In this document: one piece after another, positions 25,395 to 37,989 of the stretch
How positions within the stretch are numbered: position 1 is the stretch's first letter
Layout of the letters: the number at the start of each line of letters is the position of its first letter
Source of the DNA: Stegostoma tigrinum
Lineage: Eukaryota
Assembly (NCBI RefSeq): GCF_030684315.1
Contig: NC_081357.1
Location: forward strand, 113,407,558-113,471,557
Direction of reading: 5' to 3'
Length of the DNA stretch: 64,000 nt
Notes under the pieces: model-generated
What the model saw: the letters and a program-made list of their open reading frames with translations, nothing else
What the model was told of the DNA's origin: nothing
Database searches by the model: none
Translations under genes and position numbers: made by a program

Positions 25395-26160
25395 ATATGA
25401 GGGTGGTGGTGGGAGGTTGCTTTTCAGGCTGGAGGTCTGTGGCTGTCAGTGTGTCGGGTGCAATCCTTTCAATCATTTTTGTAAATGATTTGGATGTGAA
25501 CATAGGAGGTATGGCTAGTAAGTTTGCAGATGACACCAAAATTGGAGGTCTAGTGGACAGTGGAGAAGGTGACCTCAGAGTAACAAGAGATCATGACCAG
25601 ATGGGTCAATGGCCTGGGATGTGGCAGATGGTCATATTGCAGCTGCACAGGATGTTGGTTTGGCCAATTTAGGAACACTGTATACAATTCTGGTCTCCCT
25701 GATATAAGAAGGATGTTGTGAAACTTGAAAGGATTCAGAAAAGGTTTACAAGGATGTTGCCAGGGTTGGAGGGATTGAGCTATAGGGAGAGGCTGAATAG
25801 GCTGGGGCGTCGGAGGCTGAGGGGTGATCTTATATATATTATGAAATAAAGAGGAGCATGGCTGGGATAAACAGACAAGGTCCTTTCCCTGTGGTCGGGA
25901 GTCCAAAACTAAAGGGTGAAGGTTTAAAGGTGAGAGGGGCAAGATGTAAAAGAGTCAACTTGTTCACACAGCAGGTGTGCATGTACAGAATGAGCTGCCA
26001 GAAGAAGTGGTAAAGCCTGTACAATTACAACATTTAAAAGGCATCTGGATGGGTAAATGCTAGCAAAAGGGACTAGATTTATTTTGGATACCTGGTCAAT
26101 ATGGACGATTTGGACCGAAGGGTCTGTTTCTGTGCTATATATCTCTATGACTCAATGACT
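25395..26160 (+). mobile_element. CR1 LINE 3' fragment in RSAD2 intron 2
   Basis: IFVNDLDVNIGGMASKFADDTKIGG (RT motif) and a tail ending ctctatgactcaatgact. Confidence 0.85.
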
Positions 26161-26675
26161 GTCTATGTTTTGATAAAATATCGTCCAATCACTCATTTCC
26201 TCATTATACTGTGTAATGTATGATTCAACCACGCAGACTAAGAAACTGGATGTAACATTCAGTATGTAATGTTTTCTTCGGTGAGTAGTAAGAGCAGCTT
26301 ACACCCATAGAATCAAAAACAAACATGATACCTGTATGTTCAACACTAGGTGTAACTTATTCAGAATGAATAACTGTTGGGGGTATGTTAACATGTCTAG
26401 GGCCAGAACATTTTTCTTGAATTCTTTCATTCACCACTTTGAAAACTGAAGTTTGTTTAAAAGTGAATCCCTAGTTTCACTAATACTACGTATAATCATG
26501 ATGCCAATAAAAATGTTCACTGATCTCAGGCCAAGTGCTCTGATACATATAGTACAATGGTCATTAAATCTATCTTAATGATTCTCCACTAAGTGTGTTC
26601 ACAGTTTTACAGGGATAGATAAAGAAATGCCAACCGTGGATGAGAAACCTTGTCTGAACTAAGTAACATCTCCAG

Positions 26676-27013
26676 AGATACTGGGAACTGCAGATGCTGG
26701 AGAATTCCAACATAATAAAATGTGAGGCTGGATGAACACAGCAGGCCCAGCAGCATCTCAGGAGCACAAAAGCTGACGTTTCGGGCCTAGACCCTTCATC
26801 AGAGAGGGGGATGGGGAGAGGGAACTGGAATAAATAGGGAGAGAGGGGGAGGCGGACTCTCTGTCTTCGATAACAAAGTGTGAAGCTGGATGACGTGAAG
26901 ATGATGATGAAGGGCTCTCTGATGAAGGGTCTAGGCCCGAAACGTCAGCTTTTGTGCTCCTGAGATGCTGCTGGGCCTGCTGTGTTCATCCAGCCTCACA
27001 TTTTATTATCTTT
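26676..27013. mobile_element. Young Penelope-derived insertion with a perfect 95-bp inverted repeat and a 12-bp TSD
   Basis: TSD taacatctccag at 26664-26675 and 27014-27025. Arms 26712-26806 and 26915-27009 are exact reverse complements. Confidence 0.9.
26917..26948 (+). ncRNA. Minimal hammerhead ribozyme motif (mirror copy on the minus strand at about 26773-26804)
   Basis: ct CTGATGA a gggt-ctag-gccc GAAAC GTC ag. Stem I is only about 2 bp. Confidence 0.55.
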
Positions 27014-27203
27014 TAACATCTCCAGTGAGTTTGGTTGCAGTTCAGAAATGTTACAGTCCAGAAGAGCTTTCTTTTTGTAACATGATACCAGGTAGTTTTT
27101 GTTTCTAAACTTGCATGCTGGAAGCAGGAATGACAACTGTAATTAGTCAGTTTCTAAACTATGGCTGGAGCTCGCTGTTTAACATAAAACATTAATGTTA
27201 CAG

Positions 27204-27433
27204 GTAAGGATCTGGACATTTTGGCGATTTCATGTGACAGTTTTGAAGAGGACACCAATCGTCTCATTGGCCGCGGGCAAGGGAACAAAAATCATGTCGA
27301 GAACCTCCTCAAAGTCAGAAATTGGTGCAAAGACTACCATGTGGCTTTTAAAATCAACTCTGTCATCAACCGATTCAATGTTGATGAGGATATGAATGAA
27401 CAAATCAGGATGATAAATCCAATAAGGTGGAAG
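27204..27433 (+). CDS. RSAD2: RSAD2 coding exon 3
   Basis: [27 protein letters not shown]...[17 protein letters not shown]...NPIRWK. cag|GT acceptor, AAG|gtaatt donor, 230 nt. Confidence 0.97.
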
Positions 27434-28904
27434 GTAATTCAATTACTTCACCTTTCTTGATATTCCAAACTATAACTACTTATAAGAATGTGGAGGATTA
27501 CGGAAAGAACTCAAATGCAACTTTGCTGGAGAAAATTACTAATTTGACTGCCTCAAAATCCTAACTAAGCGGACAAAGGCTCTGTTTCTGCTCACTGAAT
27601 ATTTGGAAAAACTGTTTGCATGCACGTCTTGAGAGTGTGTGTCTATCGGCTTCCATGAGAGTTGTTAGCTGTCTAATCTGATGACTAAGTGGAAAGCACC
27701 AGCTGAGAACTGCTGAGGATCTCACTGTTGCCTTCAGAACAGTATCATCAGAAAGTGCTAGAGAAACTCAGCATGTTGAGCCACATTTTTGGAGACAATC
27801 AGAGTTAATGTTTTGAATTCTGTATGCCTCATCTTGAAAACTGAAAGTGCCTTTATTGATCACAGGAACAAATCTGGCATTTGGGAAGACCAATTTTAAT
27901 ACAGTAGTTTTCATGATTAATCATTTGGTTACAAATGGTTATGATTCTTCCTCTTTCAGCTGGTGCTTAGGTGAAATTTTCAAACCAAATTAATATAGGT
28001 AAAACCTTCAATATAGGTAACATGAATAGCTTAACTTCAGAAAATGGAGCTCTTTATATCCATAGTATTCAGTGGATTGTCTCCCTTGTAAGTTTAAATG
28101 TCGGTGGTTTTGTGAAAACCAAGTTATTTTAAGTCTTAGAATTTGAGTTGTGCTGTTTTATTTAGTAGTGATCATTACTGAAGCCTGTTTCTAGTATCTT
28201 TCCCTTCTAACAGTGAGAATATGTAGATGTTTTATTAAATATAAAGAAACCCATGAGAGGAGCAGGAGGAAGCAAAACTTTACTTAAGAGTATCATATTG
28301 TGCTTTTGTAGAAATCTGCCCATGCAATATATATATTTCGAACTAAAATGGCAAGGAGTAGGTTATTTCAGAAGATTCTGCATTCAGTTGTGGTGATCAT
28401 GGAAACATCCACTGCTGAATAACAAGTTTACTTCCTAGCCTCAACGTTAGCCAAACGACAATGATGGACTACGGTGATAATATCATAGCTGGTGGTTCAC
28501 TGCCTTATCGTTCTGCTTCTGTGTCTTTGTTTAAAGTCCTGTTGAAAATGATTGAATGTATTTTCACTTTCTCTGTCGCTGCAAAAATGAAAGTGTGTGA
28601 AATTTGTTTTTATCAATTTTGGATTCAATCTTGCATTCAAGTGTGCAACAACACACCACCTACAATAAAAGCAAAGTTGCTGGAGAAGCTCAGCAGGTTT
28701 TTACACCACCTATAATGTCGTACTAACTGACAATAATAAGGCAGCTTTACTTCAGTCTCTTAGAGAGGTGGCATGAGAAATACAAATACAATGCATGATC
28801 TCTCAGGTAACTGAACAACATGTTTTGGGGACCTCACATGAGTAGTTACATTTATAATATCAAGTATAGTAAATTGAAATTTAAAATTATTTTTATCAAT
28901 ACAG

Positions 28905-29054
28905 GTATTCCAATGTTTATTGATTGACGGAGAAAATGCTGGAGAAGAAGCTCTGAGACATGCAGAAACATTTACTATCAGCAGTAAAGACTTCCAGAGA
29001 TTTCTGGATAGACATAAAGAGATCAAGTGCCTTGTGCCTGAATCCAATGAGAAG
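28905..29054 (+). CDS. RSAD2: RSAD2 coding exon 4
   Basis: [23 protein letters not shown]...CLVPESNEK. cag|GTA acceptor, AAG|gtgaga donor, 150 nt. Confidence 0.98.
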
Positions 29055-29399
29055 GTGAGATATGTGGGATTAGAAACTGAACCAGGTGTACAACTTGCGG
29101 AGCAGCATTAGATGAGGGATGCTGTTTAGGCTTTCCTTTATGATCACCAGCCATCAGATTCCATCCTCTGTGAAAAGTGATTCATTTCAGCATATCTGTT
29201 GTCACAGATTTACTTTGGCCTTCACCACTGGCAGCTACCAGTGACATGCTGCAGCGTGTGACTGATGCAGTCACATCTGGGACCCAAGTCCATTACTATA
29301 CTGTCAATAAAAAAGCAGAAGAAAAGATGAGACAGGGTCAAAGATTGGTGATATTACACAACTAGAAATTGATGGGCTTGCTGATATAAATGAGGCACA

Positions 29400-29900
29400 A
29401 AATATTTTGCCCAACAAATCAAAGCTGACACAAAAACCTGCCCCCATCTTTATATACATCTACCTAATGAATCTTCTCTGAACTGCCTCCAATGATTCAA
29501 TATCTTTCCATAAATAAGGGGACCAAAACTGCTCATAATACTCCACATATGATCTCACCAGTACTGTGCACAATTGCCATAAGGCTTCCCAACTCCTATA
29601 CTCCAACCTCCTTGAAATAAGGGCCAACATTCCATTGACCTTCCTGAATGCCTGCTGTACCTATATGCTAGCTTTCTGTATTCTGTGCACAAGTACCCAC
29701 AAGTCACTTTGTGGGTTGTAGCTGTCCGCAACCTTTCTCCATTTCAATACTTTCTTTGTTCCCCCTTCCAAAATGAATAACTTCACATTTTCCCACAATA
29801 TAGTCCATTAGTCAACTGTTTGCCCACTTGCTTAACCTTTCAATATCTCTCTGTAAACTGTTTGCATCTTTGTCGCAATTTTTTGTGTCGTCTGCATGCT
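29400..29900 (-). mobile_element. CR1 LINE fragment
   Basis: Reverse complement of the CR1 RT region (ggaccaaaactg...actccaacctccttgaaataagggccaacattcc). Confidence 0.65.
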
Positions 29901-30182
29901 AGTGCTATTGCTAAGAATTGTTGAAAACCCTTGTCACTTTTTCTGTTGTTGATTACTGCTGATCTTTCCAGCTATTAGAATGTCCACATTGAGGATATAC
30001 CCCATTGCTAATAATGCACAGTCATTGTCCTGTATTAGTTCATCAGTTCTGTCTTTGTTTCACTGGTGTGGTTGTGACTTTTGTATGCAATCTTGCATAA
30101 TTTATTTTTAAAAATTGGTAATTCTTATCTTATGAACAAATAACAGTCATGATCCTAATTTATGCTTGTGATCTCCCTACAG

Positions 30183-30215
30183 ATGCGAGATTCCTATCTC
30201 ATCCTTGATGAATGC
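30183..30215 (+). CDS. RSAD2: RSAD2 coding exon 5 (33-nt micro-exon, absent from the ORF track)
   Basis: ctccctacag|ATG CGA GAT TCC TAT CTC ATC CTT GAT GAA TGC|gtaagt = MRDSYLILDEC, matching the viperin MKDSYLILDEY segment. Confidence 0.96.
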
Positions 30216-31244
30216 GTAAGTACTATGTTATTAAACCTAAGAGAATACAATGCTGTCTTGTTAAGTTCTCATTGCTATGTATTATAATTTGCATATTTTA
30301 AAAATGTTAATACAAGTGGACACATTAATATAACACAGACATTCACCGTAGCTATATTTCAAGAGAAAACTAATTTAAAGTGGGTGCTGGAAGAAAATTC
30401 AAATGAATATTTACAAGTGAATTGGACATATATGTAAAACATGACTACTATATGAAAAGAACAGGGAAATGGGACTAACTAGATAATAAAGTGTGAAACT
30501 GGATGAACACAGCAGGCCAAGCAGCATCTCAGGAGCACAAAAGCTGACTTTTCGGGCCTAAACCCTTCACCATAGCTCTTTTTCAAAGAACCACCACAGA
30601 AACTGTGCACTAAATTACTTTCTTCTGTAATGCATGATTCTACCTAACAATACTTTCTAGAAAGGTACTAAGAGGATGTAAAAGGATGATTGTCAATTCC
30701 ACACATAACAGTGTGGTGTAACATCAACTTTTTAAAAGTAGAGAGCACGACTCAATCCTCTACTGTAAGAGATTTAATTTATGATGATTTCTACACTTGA
30801 GAAATGTGAGTAAATTAAATGAGCTGATGTGATAAGATTAGTGAACGGAGAATGATAGGTGAATGGATCCCAGAACTATATTAATTACTATACGCATAAC
30901 AAACCTATGAAACACAAATCTTCACTCAAATTTCAAATTCTGCTTCCACTGGTAAAATATTATGTTGATAATGGCACAGATAAACTGAAGATCAAAATTA
31001 CATGAAAAATTGTATTGTTTATGTTGCCTTCTAAAGTTACACAAACAATGAAACAGATGACAGAAACTGTGCAATTTATACATATGCAAGAGCTTTTTTC
31101 ATGCAGTTACTAGATTTGGATGTATTGACTAGGTACTTATTGTTGTTCTGTAACTGCCCTTGGAAAAGTAGTGGGGAAGTGCCTGCCTGAAAGGTCATAG
31201 TTTATGTGTGCTTCTACCATCCAATACTGATTGTTTGCCTTTCA

Positions 31245-31460
31245 TTTTGGCTCAGTTGGCTGGATGGCTGATTTGTGATGTAGAGTGACGCCGATAATGC
31301 AGGTTCAATTTCCCTTCCAGCTGAGTTTACCATGAAGCTCCCAACTTCGCAACCTTGCTTCCTCCACCCAAAGTATCATGACCTTCAATTTAAACCACCA
31401 GCAGCTGTTTTTTTCTCTCTCTCTCTCTCTAAACAAGGGGCAACCTTGTGGTGATGTTAT
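31245..31460 (+). mobile_element. Shark SINE family (also at about 1555-1700, 41385-41600 and 63570-63790)
   Basis: Shared ggctcagttggctggatggctg...gggttcaattccc...cctcaggttaaaccaccagcag across the copies. Confidence 0.65.
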
Positions 31461-32299
31461 AGTTGTGGTGCACTGGTAATGTTCGTATCTCTAGTCCAGG
31501 AAACCTGGGTTCAAGACCCAGAGGTGTGCAATAACGTCTCTGAAGAGACTAGTTAGGAAATAGCCATTACTATCTGCTGACTATCATGATGCACAGAAAA
31601 GCATTGGGGAAAGTGGACTAATTCTCATAACTTAGGAACCTCCTCTCAATTATTGCAGACATCAGTGAAGCACTTTAACATCACCTGCAGTGCGCCAGTG
31701 TAGCCATCTGAAAGACAAAATATTTGGTGACAACTGTCCTGCTAATCATACTGGCCTAATGATCAGTCGCCCTTCAGAGGTTGATTAACTACGTGGGTCA
31801 GTTTAGTTAAAACAGCAAAACTCCAACAGTTACAAAAAAAATTACAAAAAACCAAAGGACTGCAGATTCTGGAAATCAGAAACAAATCAGAAATTGGTGG
31901 AAAAATTCAGCATGTCTGGCAGCAAAGGTAGAGAGAGAGTAGAGTAACATTTCAGTTCCAGTGACCCTCCTTCAGAACTTATTATTCCTTAAAACTCATT
32001 ACAAGTTGTGGAGCAGACATTACAGCAGACCAATATGGATGTGTGCAGGATACAGACCAAAGTAGATTAGCTGCCAGGCAGAGTCAGAATATTGCATGCA
32101 CACAATATATGGAGCCAGAAAAGGGAAAGTTTCTTTCAGGCAAAGTACACATAGGTATGAAATCTAGTAGCAAGATCATGGGTTACAGTTTATCAGCATT
32201 ACTTGCCTGTCAGAGAGATGGACGATGTGAAGCAGATACCTCAAATCTCTCGAGATGCAATACTAGCAATGCCTCTGCAAAATTCTGCAAATCTAATCG

Positions 32300-32610
32300 T
32301 AGAATCCCTACAGTGTGGGAGCAGGCCATTCAGGTTGTCGAATGACACTGACCCTGGGAACAGCATCTCATCCAGACCCACCCCCCTACTCTATCTCTGT
32401 AACCTTGTATTTCCTGCAATTAAATCACCTAGCCTGCATATCCCTGGACGCAATGAGCAATTTAGCATGGCCAATCCACCTAACCTGCATATCATTGGAC
32501 CATGGGAGGGAACCAGAGCATCCAGAGGAAACCCATGCAGGGGGAGAATGTGCAAACTCCACACAGACTGTCGCCCAAGGATGGAATCAAACCCGGGTCC
32601 TTGGCGCTGT
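32300..32610 (-). mobile_element. HE1-like V-SINE
   Basis: V-domain gtttgcacattctccc...gggtttcctc...ggattggccatgctaaattgc, with a CR1-like tail. Confidence 0.8.
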
Positions 32611-33646
32611 CAATCTCCATCTGCTGGGTATATGGATCCAGCATTTGACTGTTAGCTTAGGCTGATACCAGCTATGGAGAGATCGATCTCTGGAAGTAGG
32701 TTGAGTCAAATGGGTCTGTACTCATTGACGTATAGAACAGTATGCTTGGGCATCCCAAAAACAAACCAGTAATTGCAGATTGCCATCCTGAAAATGCCAA
32801 ATGTCTGTCTTCTGTTAGTTAGTCAATCTCCTTTCCATGACAGTTGTTCCATCATACTTCTAATTTGTGCCTTGTAGAACGTGGACTGGCTTTAGCAAGT
32901 TGCTTGCCACAGAGTTCCCAGCCTCTGACCTGCTGTTGGAGTCACAATATTTATCGGGCTGGTGCAGTTCTGTTTCTGGTCAATAGTTGGCATTCCCCCC
33001 AACCTAAAAGTTATCCCAGTCTTGTTGCATTTGGATTTGTTTAGTATCTTAGGAACACAGGATTGTAATCCTAGGTTCTTTCTTACATTCTTGTGGTCAC
33101 ATTACAATGAAATGACACTATCATAATCCTGTACATTTGACATCACAGTGAAATTCAATTGTTTTGCTTGTGTACCAGTTTCCAGATATGAAAAACAAAG
33201 ACTCCATATTGCAAAAATTTACATGAATCTCCTTGTGCAGATCATATTTGTCAAGGTTTACCGCAACTTCTCCAAACATAGGAATGCAGTGAAATTTATT
33301 CATATTCTCAGGATACAATGAATTAATTGAGGACCAGGTAAATAATGTGCACACACAAGCACAATTGAACTAATTGGGGCATCTTAACATTTGATTTTGT
33401 TGCTAAATAAATTGTGAAAAGTAACAATTTCACAGCTTATAGTTGTTGAAAAAACAAAAAGAGTGGCACACATTCATTGGAACCTAGTTCAGCAGTGATA
33501 TAAAACATGCAATGTCAGAAGTGCTACCATTGTCATCTCTGGAATGAAGTAACCAAAGTACCTTACAGATGATGCGTACTGTATAGTTTATCAAAGAATT
33601 TTATGATTCATTATTTCTATCTTTACCTTCTGTTAATATTTTTCAG

Positions 33647-33811
33647 ATGCGCTTCCTAGATTGTACCCAAGGCAGAAAAGATCCATCGAAATCTATCTTG
33701 GATGTAGGCGTTGAGAATGCTATTAAATTTAGTGGGTTTGACGAGAAAATGTTTTTTAAACGTGGAGGGAAATATACATGGAGCAAAGCAGACATGCGCT
33801 TGGAATGGTAA
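33647..33811 (+). CDS. RSAD2: RSAD2 coding exon 6 (terminal)
   Basis: tttcag|[54 protein letters not shown]. Conserved C-terminal Trp. Total CDS is 1044 nt = 347 aa plus stop. Confidence 0.98.
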   Translation: MRFLDCTQGRKDPSKSILDVGVENAIKFSGFDEKMFFKRGGKYTWSKADMRLEW

Positions 33812-33944
33812 AAGTTGCTTATTGTTCTTGACTGTCTCAATCATGAAGCATTCATGCCACACACATTTTATGGATTCAGTAAATGACTTTGAATCCTGTC
33901 AAGTACCATTGTCCTCAGGTGTCAACATTGTAATTTTTTAAAAC

Positions 33945-34109
33945 AATAAACAGTGCAATATTTAGGATGATATTACCTGCTGAAAAGAATTGGCACTCAA
34001 TGCTATGTCCAAACAAGTGAAATGCGTGAAAGATTTTTATTGGTTGAATTGCAATATGAAGCTGCAAAGCTAAGGTTGAAGAAAAGATTTGATGTGCCCA
34101 GAAAATAAA
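33945..34109 (+). terminator. Candidate RSAD2 polyadenylation signals
   Basis: AATAAA at 33945 and 34104. Further ATTAAA/AATAAA at about 34846 and 35862. Which signal is used cannot be determined here. Confidence 0.4.
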
Positions 34110-37100
34110 CATTGTTGGCATGCATTACCGCATGTAGAAGGAATTGTCAGCTGCATTATGGACAGGTAAATTTAGGGACACTGGTTGTATTTTGAATGGT
34201 TGGTGTTTTTACTTGATTCAAACAGTTTACAATCTGGCTGATCAAAGTATAACAGTAATGGCTCAAGTAATTATTTTTAAAAAGCCTTCAAAAGTCTCCC
34301 ATTGACTTCTGATTCTGGAAGTTGTTGCTGTGCATGAACCTCATTTCGCATTGCCAGAGAAAATTAGAGGAACTGAGTTCTCCGCTGGTTGAAGTCAAAT
34401 TTTGCACAAAGGATTGAAAAGTTATTGGAGGTAAATCATCTCAGGCCCTGGTGATTGTTGCAGGAGTTCCTCAGTAGGCCCCAAGTACTCAAAATCATGA
34501 TGGGTCTGGAGAAACTGTTCCCACTCATGAAACAATCAGGAAGAGAGCACAGAATTAAAATAACTGGAAAAACAAATAGAAATTAGGGAATGGGGGTACA
34601 GACTGTGTAAGTGCAGATATTAGTATTAGTTTAGAATGGTGTCATGTTCAGCGCAGACATGGTGAGCCAGAAGGCCTGTTCCTGTGCTGTACTGAACTAT
34701 GTTTTTTTTTACACAAAAGAGCAAATACTGGTTTTTACATTATATCAGCAGTCATGTTGATTATGAACATTTTTTAAATTAATGTGGAAATCTTATTTTT
34801 ACTTTAGTTTTTTTAAATGCTTTCATTAATTAATGTTTGAATTGCATTAAATACATGATGAACAACACTGTTTTGGAGTATACATTGTCTGTTTTGTCAG
34901 TTCTTAGTGAATAATCACTTTAGAATTATTTACTGTTTGAGTAGAAATGTCTCACTTGTCAGAATTTTATCAGCCTTTTATCTTCACTATTTCTGTCACA
35001 AATGTCATTGTTTCAACAATGGTTTATATTTTTTGCCTAAGTCACTGTTGGGACTATCTTGATACAGCCTCACAATTCCAGTTTCTAAGGATTCTATTTC
35101 CACTACTTGTCATCCTGATAATAGGCAGCACTTACACTGAAACTTGTCACCAATGTTACCACATTAAGACTAATCGCAATCCAAATAAATTTTCTCTCAA
35201 GCACACGCTAAGCTCAGATGCTTGGTTAATAGTGTCTGTAATTTTTAATTCTAAATAGCTTCCCCAACATTCTATGCACTGCAATTCAAGTATATGTTAA
35301 TAGTTATATTTTGTATTAATAGTGCTGGCATCAATTTGTCATGTTTTGTATCAATTAGTACCTTAAGAAGTTTGCATACTTTTCCACTTTATTCAATGTC
35401 TCCATTTGTTTTCAATTTTATTGTGGGTAAATTTATTTTCCAGGAAGGCAACACTTGTTTCTTCTATTAAATTAATTTTAAATACAATATCTCCACTGTT
35501 TTATCGTAAGATGAGTCATAGAACTGCCAGAAAATAACCTACATGAAATTATGGCAAACAAGCAACATAAAATAAATTTACCTTACAGCTGATTGTTTCC
35601 AACATTCTGCATCCAATTTTAGCATATGCAGTAATTTTAAATATTTCCTTCATCTTGCTCGACACACTGGGAATCCTGAGTAATTCACAAGTAAGATAAG
35701 TTTGAATTTTCTCTACAAGTATGCATTAGACACAGCATTATTTAGAACCTGCATTTTGATGGAACTATACAACCTTTAATGTGAATTATACTGATGTGAT
35801 TCAAAATGTATTTGAAAAAACAAAAAGTGCAGTGCTGCTCTCAATATATATTCAAAAATTCAATAAAGTACCAGAAAAATTCAGGGACTTTGAAGAGGTC
35901 TTCTAAGCAAGTGTCGTGTATTTTGAGTGGGATCTTTAGAAAAGTGAAGGTTAAGGAGTGATCCTTATGGTAGTACAGGGATCACATGGAGCATACACAA
36001 TGGTATCGATGAGTTGGGCCAAACAACTTGTTTTATCACTGTGTATCCAAAGTAATTATTATGGTCAGAAGGATTGAGATCTTCGGAGACACCATAATGG
36101 CACACAAGATTCTTACGGCCAGATTATTAATGTGAATTCAGATTGCAAATGGCTGGGGTGAAAACAGGCAGTAAGTTCTAGTCCGTGACATTTTATTCTT
36201 ATTAACTACTGCAAGACAGCTCCAATACCACAAAGATCATTGAAGTCTCTCTGCTCTACACAGCACTGTGCCCTTTCCACCTCTGTAAAGAGGGTTCCAG
36301 AAAAGACAGAGACTGCCCTTGAGTTACAATACTACTTGATTCTGGCAAACAAGGAACCCTAACAAATTTGAAGTCATTTTGATTTGAGGTAAACTCTCCG
36401 CTGGTCAGTGTCACAGATCACATAGTAATCAGTCTCAGTCTCATAATCACAGACTATAACCCCAGAGCACAAATGGAGATATCAAACTTTTAATTCCAGC
36501 AAGTGCCTTTTTAAAACAGGACTGCTACAGTCAAAGGACCGCGGATGTAAATTCAGTGGCAGTCTGGAAAGGCCCTGGAATGTCACTCCTGGTGAAATAT
36601 GGAATAAGCTTCAAAGAAATGAGAGAAAAAGGAGAAATGCACTACAAACTGTAGCATCCTGGGAATGATCTCATACAAATAATATGTGCAGACTGGATGA
36701 GAGGCATTTCATTTCCTCCCCTTTCAAAAATACACAAGAATACATGTGCTAGTGGAAGAGGGTGTGCTCGTGGGCTGAGATACTCATGCACTAGCCTGGT
36801 TTGGTGCCAGTGTGCTGTGAAGGTCACTGTTGGAGACCTGCTAATACTCAACCCTCACTTGTAGGTAAATAATTCTCTCACCACTGAGGCCTAGTTAGCA
36901 AGCCAATCAGAAAGAAACAGGACAAACGATGGATTCTCTTGCTCTCAATGCAGCCAACCAACAACTTTCGAAATTAATCAGAACAAAAGGATTTTGACTA
37001 AACTACAGAGTCAAGAATCCCAAAATTGACTATTTAACTATTAATGTTCCACTGTAAATTCTTCACAAATGATGCAGGGACTGAACTGTATGCCTTTTAA

Positions 37101-37989
37101 ATGTTTGTTTTAGATTCACTTGCCATTTCTAATCTGAGTGTGTGTGTGTTACATTATGATTTCTTCTTGCATCTAGGACCTAATAAACTCAGTTTCTCAA
37201 AACTCCGGTTAAGTTGGCTCCTTTTAAAACATAAACTCATTTGGTCTACGCGACAGAGGTTCCTTTGCAAATTAACTTCATTAAGATCAATTGTGGAGAC
37301 AGGTGAATAAAGAAGGGGAGCCAATACATCACTCCTCACCCAGGAACTTAATAATTTGTGGTATCTCACCTAGAACAATGATAATTTAGGGAACATCACC
37401 CGTGATTTGATCATAACAAATTAGGAACTCTTCTGGAATCTGGTCATAACGAGGATAGTCTTCTATGCCCAACCATCTTCAGCTTCATCAATGACCTTCC
37501 CTGCAACAAAAGGTCGCATGTGGAGATGTTTGCTGATGATTGCAAAGTATTCGATACGATTGCAATTTTCCACATACTGAAACAGTTTGTGTCTGCATGT
37601 AGCAAGACACGAGCAGTGTCCAAGCTTGGGCTAATAAATTATAAGTAATATTTGCAATGCACAATTACCAGGCAATAGCCATCTCTAACAGCCAACTTAA
37701 CATCTACCCTTTACATCCACTGGTATTAAAAGGGCTTGAATCCCCAGTGACCAGAAACTTAACCTATGCAGCCACATAAATACTTTGGCGACTTCAGAAT
37801 CCTGATAATGGCACATTACAGTATTATGGATATTCCTGCACCTCATGGACAAATTAAACAAGATGGCTCAGAATCCACCTTCGTTTCTGAAAAGCAGTTA
37901 GAGATGAGCAGCGAAATGCTGCCTTTGCCAATGGTGGTCACGTTCCCTTGTACTCTCTGCATTAACAGAGCCCCAGTGGCGTTGCCTAA

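Noticed and set aside
23568-33811. Prokaryotic viperin defence operon or horizontal transfer
   Set aside because: Spliceosomal introns in the vertebrate arrangement, ISRE promoters and shark repeats show this is the native vertebrate locus.
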